Below are positions 1 to 12,190 of a stretch of 50,261 bases of DNA, piece after piece. This DNA comes from Octopus bimaculoides (taxonomy: Eukaryota). The notes beneath the pieces are model-generated. The model was not told where the DNA came from, made no database searches, and worked only from the letters and a program-made list of their open reading frames with translations. The stretch is from positions 7,329,187 to 7,379,447 of the forward strand of contig NC_068989.1 of the NCBI RefSeq assembly GCF_001194135.2, given 5' to 3'. Both the position numbers and the translations under genes were made by a program. Each line of letters starts with the position of its first letter. The stretch's first letter is position 1.

Positions 1-310
1 GGGCTGGACGATTTGACTGGGGACTGGAAAGCCAGATGGCTACACCAGGCTCCAATCTGATTTGGCAGAATTTCTACAGCTGGATGCCCTTCCTAACGCC
101 AACCACTCCGAGAGTGTAGTGGGTGTTTTACGTGCCACCGGCACGATGGCCAGTCAGGCGGTACTGGCAATGGCCACGCTCGAAATGGTGTATTTTACGT
201 GCCACCTGCACAGGAGCCAGTCCAGCGGCACTGGCAACGATCTCGATTCGAATGTCTTTTCACGTGCCACCAGCACAAGTGCCAGGAAGGCGACGTTGGT
301 AACGATACCG
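1..310 (-). mobile_element. Retroposon family D ((ATG)n/(CAT)n-tailed) with internal ~65-bp subrepeats, cut by the window edge
   Basis: Shares ttggacgatttgactg..ctggatgcccttcctaacgccaaccactcc with copies near 7580-7750, 18820-19035, 28020-28270, 32955-33280, 34265-34760, 38960-39122, 45280-45775 and 49690-49990. Confidence 0.8.
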
Positions 311-516
311 CTAAGCATTTTTCTGGACGTGCTAAGGATTCTGCCAATTCGCTGCCTTAAAATATATTCCAAAAATATAATATGAAAGACAGACTAAGAA
401 ATTTCTTTGTGTTTTTTTTGTTTTGTTTTTTTTACAAGTATTATCCTGTGTGTGGCTGATGAAATTTTGACAAAATCATTAATATTAATCAATCACTTTC
501 ATATAATTTGTTTCAG

Positions 517-680
517 CGATGGCGTTGCATACTCCAAGGGGAAATATGGTACCGGTTCTGGTCGAATATGGCTTGACAATATGAATTGCACAGGTAACGA
601 GCCTTCCATTGCAAGCTGCCAAAAGAGCCTGTGGGGTGAAAATGACTGTCGACATGCAGAAGATGCAGCTGTCGAATGCA
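517..680 (+). CDS. SRCR domain 1, B exon
   Basis: tttcag|C..TGCA|gtatgt, 164 nt; DGVAYSKGKYGTGSGRIWLDNMNCTGNEPSIASCQKSLWGENDCRHAEDAAVEC. Confidence 0.93.
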
Positions 681-933
681 GTATGTAGGAATTTATAGCT
701 ATACTGCATTGTATTCTATTGTACATAAATGTAATCTGCGTGTGTATGTGTTTCATTATCTATATGTACGGGTGCATGTATAAATCATTTAATATACACG
801 ATTTACAAAAGAACTGCTAATAGCTTCATGTTTTAGAGATACAATAAATTGGAAAATTTATATAATAATCATGTGTCTCCAAGCAATCTTTCAGGCTCAA
901 TGTGTATTGTTAGGTATATTAAAAACCAGGGTG

Positions 934-1310
934 GAGGCGTAATGGCCCAGTGGTTAGGACTCGCGGACATAAGATCGCGGTTTCGATTCCTAGACCAGGC
1001 GTTGTGAGTGTATATTGAGCGAAAACACCTAAAGCTCCACGAGGCTCCGGCAGGGGATGGTGGTGAACCCTGCTGTACTCTTTCACCACAACTTTCTCTC
1101 ACTCTTTCTTCCTGTTTCTGTTGTGCCTGTAATTCAAAGGGGCCAACCTTGTCATACTGTGTCACGCTGAATATCCCCGAGAACTACGTTAAGGGTACAT
1201 GTGTCTGTGGAGTGCTCAGCCACTTGCACGTTTATTTCATGAGCAGGCTGTTCCGTTGATCGGATCAACTGGAACCCTCGACGTCGTAAGCGACGGAGTG
1301 CCAACAACAA
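934..1310 (+). mobile_element. tRNA-derived SINE family C, near full length, with 14-bp TSD
   Basis: A/B-box-like head (tggcccagtggttag..gtttcgattcc); 3' end gacggagtgccaacaacaa; TSD taaaaaccagggtg at 920-933 and 1311-1324. Confidence 0.88.
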
Positions 1311-1388
1311 TAAAAACCAGGGTGCTGATCTATGAGGGGGGAAAAACGAGAAGCAAAACACGAAGGAAGTTGATGAAGAAAGTGAAAT

Positions 1389-1635
1389 GAAAAGAAAGAA
1401 AAGTAAGAAAACCAAATTCTTTGTCATTTTTGTCTGAGACAATTATAATTAATTTAGCTGATGTAGAATAATACAACAGAAATTTTTAGCAAATGCTGCT
1501 CCAGATCGAGTAGACTTTGGCCTCGCAGACTTTCGCCTCTTTTCTGTTATATTAATTCTACACCAGGTAAATTAATTATGATTTCTACAGACAAAGAGGA
1601 TGAAGATTTTGATTTTCCTTCTTCCTTTCTTCTCG
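1389..1635. mobile_element. Fold-back / MITE-like palindromic element
   Basis: ~95-bp imperfect inverted arms (1389-1482 and 1541-1635), e.g. attaatttagctgatgtagaataatacaacagaaa vs tttctgttatattaattctacaccaggtaaattaat. Confidence 0.6.
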
Positions 1636-1874
1636 ATTTGTAAATATCTCATCATTAAAATGGAAAAAAAATCGGAAAAATCACTGTAATTCATGTTTTT
1701 CAAATATATAATGTTCCTCATGTAATTAATATTACTAATTAAATTATATTTCCTCCCCAAATGAATTAAATATGATTTCCCTGACTTATACAATGCGTGT
1801 CTTATTTCATAATACTTGTCTTGTTCATATTTATTTGACTAACATTGGAAAAATGTTCTAATTTATTTTCGAAG

Positions 1875-2019
1875 AAAATATATCAGTACGTCTGGTCGGT
1901 GGCAACAGTTCCTCAAATGGCCATGTGGAAGTGTTTTTCAGTGGACAATGGGGTACTATTTACGATTCTGATTGGAACCATAACGATGCCTTAGTTATTT
2001 GTCGTATGCTGGGATACAG
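1875..2019 (+). CDS. SRCR domain 2, A exon
   Basis: ttcgaag|AA..TACAG|gtatgt, 145 nt; [47 protein letters not shown]. Confidence 0.9.
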
Positions 2020-2333
2020 GTATGTGGCTCTGGTCGCGTAATTAATTATTCTATTCTCCATTCTCTCTCCCTCTCTCATCTCTTTCTCCCCCCCCTCTCT
2101 CTCTCTCTATCTATCTATCAATCTATGTCTTTGTCTACAAAGATATATTTATATATGTGTGTATATGTATACATATATACATATACATACATACTTACGT
2201 ACATATGTATGTATGCATACGTATATATACAATCACATAATATACACATATATGCATACATACATATATGTATGTATGTTTGTATGTATGTATGTATGTA
2301 ATGTGATTTCGCTCTTTATTTGTCTGTTTGCAG

Positions 2334-2497
2334 TGATGGAATCGGCTACAAAGTGGCAAGGCCGTTTTTGGCATTTGAACCGTTATGGTTAGACAATGTG
2401 GACTGCGATGGGTTTGAGATGTCCATAGACCAATGCAACAGAAGTAAATGGGGAAGTTATCAGCAGATAGTTAATGAAAGAGTTGGAGTCCATTGCC
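2334..2497 (+). CDS. SRCR domain 2, B exon
   Basis: ttgcag|T..TGCC|gtaggt, 164 nt; DGIGYKVARPFLAFEPLWLDNVDCDGFEMSIDQCNRSKWGSYQQIVNERVGVHC. Confidence 0.9.
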
Positions 2498-2700
2498 GTA
2501 GGTTTCATATATATATATTTTTTTTAAATTATAAAGATTGGGAATTAACGTACGATTTTGTAGCAGTCTGTATTGGTCTCTCAACACCTAGAAATTATAT
2601 TTAATAAATATTTATAAATTGTATTCATCTGATGATGGGATATATATAGAAGAAGAAGTGAAAAAGACAGAAAGTAATTGAAGCTGATTTTGAAATATAA

Positions 2701-2892
<192 letters not shown>

Positions 2893-3217
2893 TAGGTCAC
2901 TTTCTGTTTTTCTTTTTAGATATTGTCCAAGGTGCTGGCCGACATACATATGTATTTATTTCGTTATTGCCCACAGGGAGCTAAACATAAAGGGGACAGA
3001 CAAGAACAGACAAAGAGATTAAGTCGATTACATCGACCCCAGTGCATAACTGGTACTTATTTAATTGACCCTGAAAGGATAAAAGGCAGTGTTTCATATT
3101 TATATAATGTTTTTGTGAAGTGATATACGTATAAATACACACGTATACTTTGTTATTGGACCAGTGTGATTGCATATAATCAAGAAGAATAAGCTATATT
3201 AATATTGTATTTTGAAG

Positions 3218-3381
3218 TAACGCCGTGGCCTACAGCAAAGCCCACTTTGGTGCCGGCACTGGACAGATATGGCTGGACAATGTGAATTGTACTGGGACGG
3301 AATACTCCCTGTCAGAATGCATGAGTAATCGATGGGGACACCATGATTGCGAACATAATGAAGATGCGGCTGTCAACTGTT
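3218..3381 (+). CDS. SRCR domain 3, B exon
   Basis: ttgaag|T..TGTT|gtaagt, 164 nt; NAVAYSKAHFGAGTGQIWLDNVNCTGTEYSLSECMSNRWGHHDCEHNEDAAVNC. Confidence 0.93.
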
Positions 3382-4275
3382 GTAAGTATTTGACATATTT
3401 AGTTGGTAAACTGTTCTGGATTAAATTACGTATTGGCGGTTTAGGCCTGTCTTTATATAAACAGCATGAAAACAGCATAAATACAACCGACACCAATTGA
3501 CCTTAGCTTATCAGTAATATTATTCTGTTACAACCTACATTATGCAACTCTTTAATAATGGAACGATGTCGAAGAAATGATTTATAACACACACATTATT
3601 TATATTATTACAAAGATATTGCTGAATAAAATATGGAATGAAATCGGAGACATAAATTGTTACACACTCAACATTTATATTATTCCTGAGACAATTGCTC
3701 GATGAATTATTGAACGTATGCATGTGTGTGTGTGTATATATATATGTATGTGTATATANNNNNNNNNNNNNNNNNNNNNNNNNNNNNNNNNNNNNNNNNN
3801 NNNNNNNNNNNNNNNNNNNNNNNNNNNNNNNNNNNNNNNNNNNNNNNNNNNNNNNNNNNNNNNNNNNNNNNNNNNNNNNNNNNNNNNNNNNNNNNNNNNN
3901 NNNNNNNNNNNNNNNNNNNNNNNNNNNNNNNNNNNNNNNNNNNNNNNNNNNNNNNNNNNNNNNNNNNNNNNNNNNNNNNNNNNNNNNNNGTCTTAGAAAA
4001 CAAACAACAAAAAGATATCTTCAAATTGATGAGGTTTTTGTCCTTGGGTAAGAAGAAACATATTTGTCTTACATGCTGCATGATCCACGACAGTGTATAG
4101 CCTTTGTGGCACGGTGGCTAGTGCATCTTCCTCAGTGATCCTGAGAATTATATCAGAAAAGCGCAACGTCATAGGGGCGGGGAGCCTCCCATGTAGGGCA
4201 GGTCAAAGGACAGCGGTCAGACTAATATGGGGTGGCTCTTCTCAGAAGTAAAAATGGGTTTGCATAGGGTCAACG

Positions 4276-4331
<56 letters not shown>

Positions 4332-4431
4332 CTACCGGCAGACGAAATATTGCTAACCATTTTGCCAGCTTGTTGCCTTGTGATAATAATAATGATAACG
4401 ATGGCTTCAAATTTTGGTTCAAGGAGAACAA

Positions 4432-4612
4432 TTTCAGGGGACGAGGCAAGTCAATTACATCGACCTTAGTGCTCAGCTGTACTTATTTTATCGACCCCGA
4501 AAGGATGAAAGGCAAAGTCGACCCAGATGGCTTTTGTACTCAGAACATAATGAAGGACGAAATGCTGATAAGCACGTTGCCCGGTGTGCTAACGATTCTG
4601 TCCGCTCGCCAA
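4432..4612 (-). mobile_element. tRNA-derived SINE family A
   Basis: Reverse complement of ggcagaaacgttagcacg..gagttcaaattcc..gtcgactttgcctttcatcctttcggggtcgataaa; about 20 copies in the window. Confidence 0.8.
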
Positions 4613-4719
4613 CGTTGTTACATTGACAAATATTAGCACACCACAAACACACAAATGAAAATATAACAGCGATAACAAGGTGAGAAACATATTCACACAT
4701 GATTCTTGTTTATTTGTAG

Positions 4720-4883
4720 CGATGGTGACGTCATATCCAACAAACTGTTTGGAAAAGGTTCTGGTAAAATATGGCTTGATGAGGTGAACTGCGATGGAAG
4801 TGAAAGTTCCATTGAACAGTGCGATTTCGATCCATGGGGAGTGCACGACTGTGCCGAAGATGGAGAAGCAGCAGTTAATTGCA
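4720..4883 (+). CDS. SRCR domain 4, B exon (A exon not visible)
   Basis: ttgtag|C..TGCA|gtaagt, 164 nt; DGDVISNKLFGKGSGKIWLDEVNCDGSESSIEQCDFDPWGVHDCAEDGEAAVNC. Confidence 0.93.
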
Positions 4884-4924
4884 GTAAGTGTTTTATTAGT
4901 CTTATTTATGAGTAGGTGAGAGAC

Positions 4925-5075
4925 GGAGAGAAATGTTAGTGCCGTAGACAAAATGCTGAGCGGCATTTTCTCTGGCTCTTTACGTTCTGAGTTCAAATTC
5001 CTCCAAGGTCGACTTTGCCTTTCATCCTTTCAGGGTGGGCAACATAAAGTACCAGTCAAGCGCTTTGGTCAATGT
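4925..5075 (+). mobile_element. SINE family A (diverged copy)
   Basis: B box gagttcaaattcc followed by gtcgactttgcctttcatcctttc core. Confidence 0.75.
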
Positions 5076-5567
5076 ACTCTACTCAATATGCATTCTACCG
5101 TCCTACAAAAAAAAAGCAAATTAGCTCTTAAATATACCAAATGATGAGATGGTCATATTTGGAGAGCTTTTGATAATAGGTCTGTTCGATCCGGACTGAC
5201 CTGAGACTAAACAACAACTTATTGAATTGTGTTAACAATAAAGATTCAACTCCTTAAATATTACTTCGCTTTTCGTAAATGCTGATGGTGGTGATGATGA
5301 TGATGATGATGATGATGACGATGATGATGATGCCTGAAGTTACATCAATAGAGTCTTCTAATACAGTGCTTCTCAAACTATCTGATGTGGCGTACCAGCA
5401 GTTTTTTTTTCTCCCAATGTGTCAGGGACTGGTAATATTTTTTAGTAATGTTAATTTATACCAGAAACGATATATACAATATGATGGCTTGTTGCCAACT
5501 TAATGTGGCAGTCCCAGGAAAGGGAAGAATGTTACTGTTATTTAGCCCCAAGAAATACTGTTTCTTA

Positions 5568-5795
5568 TTTCTTTATTGCCCACAAGGGGCTAAACATAGA
5601 GGGGACAAACAAGGACAGACAAAGGGATTAAGTCGATTACATCGACCCAGTGTGTAACTGGTACTTAATTTATCGACCTCAAAAGGATGAAAGGCAAAGT
5701 CGACCTCGGTGGAATTTGAACTCAGAACGTAACGGCAGATGAAATACCGCTAAGCTTTTCGCCCAGCATGCTAACGTTTCTGCCAAGCTCGCTGT
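5568..5795 (-). mobile_element. SINE family A, full length
   Basis: Head, core and tail (cccttgtgggcaataaagaaata) on the minus strand. Confidence 0.85.
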
Positions 5796-6121
5796 TTCTA
5801 GTTGGCTATGCAACACAAGTGTTCTGTCTCCTTAAGTTTTCAAATAGAGGAGATATATATATAATGAATATATTAAATGGGAAATATATATATATATATA
5901 TATAATGCATATAATAAAGGGGAGATATATACATAATGAATATAATAAAAGTTGATAATTTTTTTTTTATCTTATATTTATTTTATAATCAAATAAAACA
6001 ATATTACATAAGCATTTTATAATGTTTGCTTCTTTTCTGGAAATTCGCCGTGTACCGGCAGCTGATGGCTCGTGGACCGGCGCCGGTTCGCAGACCACCA
6101 CTTCGAGTAGCACTGCTCTAA

Positions 6122-6304
<183 letters not shown>

Positions 6305-6541
6305 TAAGAAGCCTTTCATTGATATCTTGCGTCAACGAGTGACCATCTAGAAATAACAACCAAATCTGCCTCAAATCCACTGTGAATCTCTGTACACTGT
6401 ATTTTACTTTTAAAGCTAAATTTGCGCAATTTTTTTTATGAGATTGTGATTTTTCTTCATCGGTTCACTTTTTGCATAGAATTTCGTCAGTTTTTCTGTT
6501 TGTTTTGTTTTGTTTTATTCTGTCTTTATTTTATTTTATTC

Positions 6542-6925
6542 TGGAGGCGCAATGGTCCAGTGGTTAAGGCAGCGGACTCGTGATCATAGGATCGCGGTTT
6601 CAATTCCCAAACCGGGCGTTGTGAGTGTTTATTGAGCGAAAACACCTAAAGCTCCACGAGGCTCCGGCAGGGGATGGTGGCGAACCCTGCTGTACTCTTT
6701 CACCACAACTTTCTCTCACTCTTTCTTCCTGTTTCTGTTGTGCCTGTAATTCAAAGGGTCAGCCTTGTCACACTGTGTCACGCTGAATATCCCCGAGAAC
6801 TACGTTAAGGTTACACGTGTCTGTGGAGTGCTCAGCCACTTGTACGTTAATTTCACGAGCAGGCTGTTCTGTTGATCGGATCAACTGGAACCCTCGACGT
6901 CGTAAGCGACGGAGTGCCAACAACA
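6542..6925 (+). mobile_element. SINE family C, full length
   Basis: Near-identical to 934-1310 along its length. Confidence 0.88.
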
Positions 6926-7112
6926 TGAAACACAGCAGGCGCCATTTAAATTGATGTATAACTTCCTAGAATCCAAATTCCTTCTGCAAACTTCGATACG
7001 AAAACACCAAACACTGCTTATCAATCAATCAATTATGAAATCTTTATTTTGAACTTTAATTGTATATATTTACTCTTTTTTCTCTCTTTTTTTTTCTTTC
7101 TTTTATTTATAG

Positions 7113-7273
7113 TGATGCTGTGGCCTTTTCAAAAGGATCATTTGGTGAAGGAATAGGGAAAATATGGTTGGAAAATTTAAATTGCAAAGGAAATGAGAGT
7201 TCTATCGGCGAGTGTGTTGACTCATGGGGGGGCACGCAATGTCATCATTGGGAAGATGCTGGAGTTCGTTGTT
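7113..7273 (+). CDS. SRCR domain 5, B exon
   Basis: ttatag|T..TGTT|gttagt, 161 nt; DAVAFSKGSFGEGIGKIWLENLNCKGNESSIGECVDSWGGTQCHHWEDAGVRC. Confidence 0.92.
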
Positions 7274-7990
7274 GTTAGTATTTTCCGAATAATTACCTCA
7301 TCAATAAGGGTGATGGATTTGGCAAACTCGTTAGATTATCGGAAAAATTGCTTTGCAGTATTTCTTCAGGACCTTAACTGAGTTCAAATCCCACAGAAGT
7401 CAGCTCTGTCTTTCTCCCCTCCTAAAATGCACTTGCAGTCAAGATTACTGAAAGCGTGTGAGAAACCTCAAATTTATAGAAGATAATTTGAAAGCATGGC
7501 ATTTGGAATTGTCCTTTAGATTAGCGGGTATGCGACGTTTTGGCACAGCTGTTTTGGCACCGCCAATGTGATGCCACTGATTCAATGCTGACATATGTGA
7601 CATTGGGGTGGTTGGTGCTAGGAAGGGCATCCAGCTGTAAATACAGTGCCAAAACAGACACAGAAGTCTGGTGCAGTCTTCTGCCTGGCTGGCTCCTGTC
7701 AAAGCGTCCAACCCATGCCAGCATAGAAAGTGGACGTTAAACGATGATGAGAACGATGGGGACAATCGACTAAACTGATCCCAGAATTTGACTGATACTT
7801 ATTTTACCAAACCTGAAAAGGTGAAAGGCAAAGTTGACCTCAGCGGAACTTAAACTCATAACGTAAATGCCGCAAAGCATTTTGTCGGATGTGCTAACGA
7901 TTCAGCCAATTCACTGCCGTATTCGTTATGATAAAAACAATTCTATATTCGTAATTTTTTTGTTGTTTTTTTCCCCTTTTTGCTTCTCAG

Positions 7991-8135
7991 CCAATGTTTC
8001 TGTGAGACTGGTCGGTGGTAACAATGAAAGCAACGGCCGTGTCGAGGTGCTCTATAACAAACAATGGGGTACAATTTGTAGTGACCAATGGGATTTCTAT
8101 GACGCTTTGGTCATATGCCGAATGTTAGGGTACAG
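7991..8135 (+). CDS. SRCR domain 6, A exon
   Basis: tctcag|CC..TACAG|gtgaga, 145 nt; [47 protein letters not shown]. Confidence 0.95.
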
Positions 8136-8329
8136 GTGAGACAAGAATTCCTTCATTTAAAGTTATTGACGCTCTTTATACGTAATACATGGCTGGTTGG
8201 ATGTTTTTCTTGAATCCTAGGATTTTAAAGCGCAGTTATCTGGTTTCCATGGTGTATAAATGACTGGGATCACGATATTCTCCCTGAATGGGACACCAGT
8301 CCGTTACAAGATTCACGGCCAAGAATTTT

Positions 8330-8730
8330 GAGTGAGATGGGCAAGTCAATCACTTTGGTCCCTGTATTTGACTAATAGTTTATTCTATGGACCACTGAAA
8401 GGGCGAAAGGCAAAGTTGAATTTGGTATGAGTTAAACTCAAAATGAATGTAAAGAGCTAGAAGAAATGTTGATAAGCATTTTGTCTGACGTTCTAAGGAT
8501 TCTGCCAGCTCGTCACCTTTGGTTGAATGGATATTTCTTTCTACTCTAGGCACAAGACCCGAAATTTGGGGGGGAAGGGGCCAGTCGATTAGATCAACCC
8601 CCAGTACGCAACTGATAATTAGTTCATTGACCCCGAAAGGATGAAAGGCAAAGTCAACCTCGGTGGAATTTGAAATCAGAACGTAAAGACAGACGGAATA
8701 CCGTTAAGCATTTCGCCCAGCATGCTAACT
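8330..8730 (-). mobile_element. Two tandem SINE family A copies
   Basis: Two head+core units in the same orientation; a further copy lies near 7770-7918. Confidence 0.75.
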
Positions 8731-9220
8731 TTGGTTGAACGGATAACGTACTAGTTAAGCAAAACAAAATAACAAAAAAATTGCAGCTTATATATTTCAA
8801 AACCTTGTTGTGTGACCAAATCAGTGAATTCTCGTCGGTCAAGACCATTTAGCCTGTAAGTCGGTAACTCAGAGAAGCATATCCTATTTCTGATAAATTA
8901 ATTGCTGGCCTTTCAAAGTTCAATCCATTTCCTAATGATAAACACCTACCTATCTGCAATTGTCCAGTGACCTAGCTAGTTCTTTAGTGGTTATGACTGT
9001 AGAAGACTGAACTGTATGTGTTTTTTTATTGCTTAAAGAATAATTTTATTATAATCCTCTGTATTACTTTCAAAACTCATGAAAAGAGATTTGTAATATA
9101 CTAGTTGATGGCTGTTGTTATTTACCTGTAAATTTCTTCCGAGTTTTCAAGATTTAAACCAGCGCTGATTTTCAAACTATAGTTAGATCTTAGTTCAGGC
9201 CTAACTCTGAGTTTCCGAAA

Positions 9221-9548
9221 TTAACCTCTTAACATATTATTATTCCATATATTTTCTTCAGAGATGTCTAGTAAATATATATTTGAACGAAAATATACAT
9301 TCACTATACTCTGATGTTCTGTCATTTATTCCTAACCTGAAATACTTCGTTCAGGATGTTATTCCTGTTTTCTATCATTAACTATCAGTAATTATCATTT
9401 CTATCAGTAATTTCATAAAAAATCATAACTGATCCAAAATAATTTGTGTACTTATTCCTTCCTTATATACAGATTCAAAATAAATAATTTTAAAAAATAC
9501 ACTTTTGGCATGGAAATTGAAAAACGAATGTGTATGTTAAGAGGTTAA
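9221..9548. mobile_element. piggyBac-type non-autonomous element (MITE)
   Basis: TTAA-CCTCTTAACATA (9221-9236) ... TATGTTAAGAGG-TTAA (9533-9548): perfect 12-bp TIRs inside TTAA TSDs. Confidence 0.75.
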
Positions 9549-9774
9549 ACATACCCACGATGTCACACTACACTCCACACAATAAAATTTTGCATGTCAG
9601 AGTGTATAGAATGGTTTCAACTGTCTTGAAGCATGGTATATCTGAAATAATCGACTGAGTAACTTTGTGACATGTTTCTCACAAGGTTACTGAATGAGGG
9701 CTCACTTGGACTTCATAACACTAATATTGATTGTAATAGTTTTAAGACGTAAAACACTTGATATGTTTTTGCAG

Positions 9775-9938
9775 TGACGGAGTGCCTTACAACGGACACA
9801 GTTTTGGCAAAGGTTATGGCCCAGTATGGTTAGGGAATGTGCAATGCACTGGAAACGAACGCTCGATTTCAGAATGTCCGTCAAGCTACTGGGGTACACA
9901 CAGTTGTAACACTTCCAAGGACGCCGGTGTTTATTGCA
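9775..9938 (+). CDS. SRCR domain 6, B exon
   Basis: ttgcag|T..TGCA|gtacgt, 164 nt; DGVPYNGHSFGKGYGPVWLGNVQCTGNERSISECPSSYWGTHSCNTSKDAGVYC. Confidence 0.93.
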
Positions 9939-9981
9939 GTACGTATTAAAACCTAGTTTTTATTATTTAAGTACTGAGGTT

Positions 9982-10044
9982 TGTAGAGTGGCTGGAATGG
10001 TCTGTAGAATGACTGGAATGGTCTGTAGAGTGGCTGGAATGGTT
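9982..10044. repeat. 21-bp tandem repeat x3
   Basis: TGTAGA(G/A)TG(G/A)CTGGAATGGTC repeated three times. Confidence 0.9.
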
Positions 10045-10606
10045 ATTTCAGACTGTAGTAAATAAAGTATATAGTAATGTCCCTCTTCGGTCTGAATTCG
10101 CACTCACATAGGCTCAGTGTTTTCTTTTATTTTTGTAAAGGCTGATAAAATAAATACTAAACGTTTTAAAACTATAAATTGAAGAGATTGATAGTATAAA
10201 AACCAGATGAATAGCTTACGCATATGTTGTGTATGTTAATTTATGATATCAAAATGTGTGTGTGTTTGTGTGTGTGTGTGATAAGAAAAGGGATTAATAA
10301 ATCCAGGCAGATATCTATACAAAGCATTCAGTGTTAAGCGAATTTGGTTAACTATATCAAAAAATCAGATCCCAATAAATTGAAGTAGATTTAGCACGCA
10401 AGGTAATTTTTCGTGTATGACAAGTAAATTCAAATATCGTTTAGAAAATTTTCAAGAAATTCGAAGTATAAGACGACAAGAACAAAAATGGAGAAAACCA
10501 CATCTTTAATTGATGATTACACCATACATTAACGATGATCATTCTAGCGTACCAGCACATTTAGATTTAGAACAAAAGGATATAAAATACCAGTCAAATT
10601 AATATA

Positions 10607-10975
10607 TGCTTAAGGAAGAATATAAGGTATCATTTCAGAGCATCGTACGTAATTGTGCAAAGGTTCCGCAACAACTTGGAAATTTAGATTACATAATCAT
10701 TCTACTTCATTTACGTTTAAAAGAAAATGTAATTCAACGAATTTTAGTAAATGCATTTGGGATTTAATAGAAAGAAACATTAACTATGATTAAAGTGGTC
10801 CATTATTAGTTATGCACCATCGTACAATACTGGTAATTTTAAATGTAATCTTTGCTTTGAGGAGATCTGTTGTATAATTACTTCTAAATTATAATTATTA
10901 TATTATAAAAGTAATTTTACATTGAAATGTTCTCATAGATATAGAATAACATTTAAATATTTCAATAATAAATAA
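10607..10975 (+). mobile_element. Decayed Penelope-like element, GIY-YIG endonuclease remnant
   Basis: Frameshifted translation CLRKNIRY..GSATTWKFRLHNHSTSF..NSTNFSKCIWDLIERNINYD/KWSIISYAPSYNTGNFKCNLCFEE..KCSHR matches the FKxRxxxHxxSF..NSTxLSKxIW..KWxI..CxLCLxEK pattern of PLE endonucleases. Confidence 0.72.
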
Positions 10976-11887
10976 CCCATTAATTAGTTGCTTTTCCAGT
11001 AATGTAATATAATATTTTTAAAAAAAATTTTCAGCATATTTAATAGATAGACAACTAATTGTTGTGATGTAGAATTTCTATGTTAATTTTTTTTATTCTA
11101 TGGTTATCTACTGACGTCATCAAAATTTTAATACTAAACTGACTTTTCTTAGAATATTATATTTCTTCTTAACGCTCTTCTTGTATGCATCCATCTATTG
11201 AAGATATTTTCTTTGTTCACTTCGAATTTAGTCCATTTTGGATCACCTTGATAACATTGTATTAGCATATATTTCTGGATATATTAATTTGACTCATATT
11301 TTATACGTTTTTTTCTATATCTAAATATGCTAAAGGTGTAATTTTCTTCATTCTTGTTCTTGTTACGTGTGTGTGCATATATATATATATATATATATAN
11401 NNNNNNNNNNNNNNNNNNNNNNNNNNNNNNNNNNNNNNNNNNNNNNNNNNNNNNNNNNNNNNNNNNNNNNNNNNNNNNNNNNNNNNNNNNNNNNNNNNNN
11501 NNNNNNNNNNNNNNNNNNNNNNNNNNNNNNNNNNNNNNNNNNNNNNNNNNNNNNNNNNNNNNNNNNNNNNNNNNNNNNNNNNNNNNNNNNNNNNNNNNNN
11601 NNNNNNNNNNNNNNNNNNNNNNNNNNNNNNNNNNNNNNNNNNNNNNNNNNNNNNNNNNNNNNNNNNNNNNNNNNNNNNNNNNNNNNNNNNNNNNNNNNNN
11701 NNNNNNNNNNNNNNNNNNNNNNNNNNNNNNNNNNNNNNNNNNNNNNNNNNNNNNNNNNNNNNNNNNNNNNNNNNNNNNNNNNNNNNNNNNNNNNNNNNNN
11801 NNNNNNNNNNNNNNNNNNNNNNNNNNNNNNNNNNNNNNNNNNNNNNNNNNNNNNNNNNNNNGTATGATATAAAACACACTTAAAACG

Positions 11888-12190
11888 TGGCTCAGTGGTT
11901 AGGGCATTCGGCTCACGATCGTAAGATCATGAGTTTGATTCCCAGTGACGTGTTGTGTCCTTGAGCAAGACACTTTATTTCACGTTGCTCCAGTCCACTC
12001 AGCTGGCAAAAATGAGTAGTACCTGTATTTCAAAGGGCCGGCCTTGTCACGCTATGTGTCTCCCTGAGAACTACGTTAGGGGTACACGTGTCTGTAGATT
12101 GCTCAGTCATTTGCACGTTAATTTCACGAGCAAGCTGTTCCGTTGATCGTATCAGCTGGGACGCTCGTCGTCGTAACCGACGGAGTGCTC
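11888..12190 (+). mobile_element. SINE related to family C (shared 3' tail, different core)
   Basis: Core gtgtccttgagcaagacactttatttcacgttgctcc plus family-C tail; related copies at 15385-15600 (-) and 25480-25812 (+). Confidence 0.75.

Noticed and set aside
934-1010. tRNA genes at SINE heads
   Set aside because: The A/B boxes continue into SINE bodies and occur in many diverged copies; no full cloverleaf or tRNA 3' end is evident
4165-4285. GC box and CRE-like motif suggesting a promoter
   Set aside because: Lies directly before a (CAT)n run like a retroelement 3' end; no other promoter support
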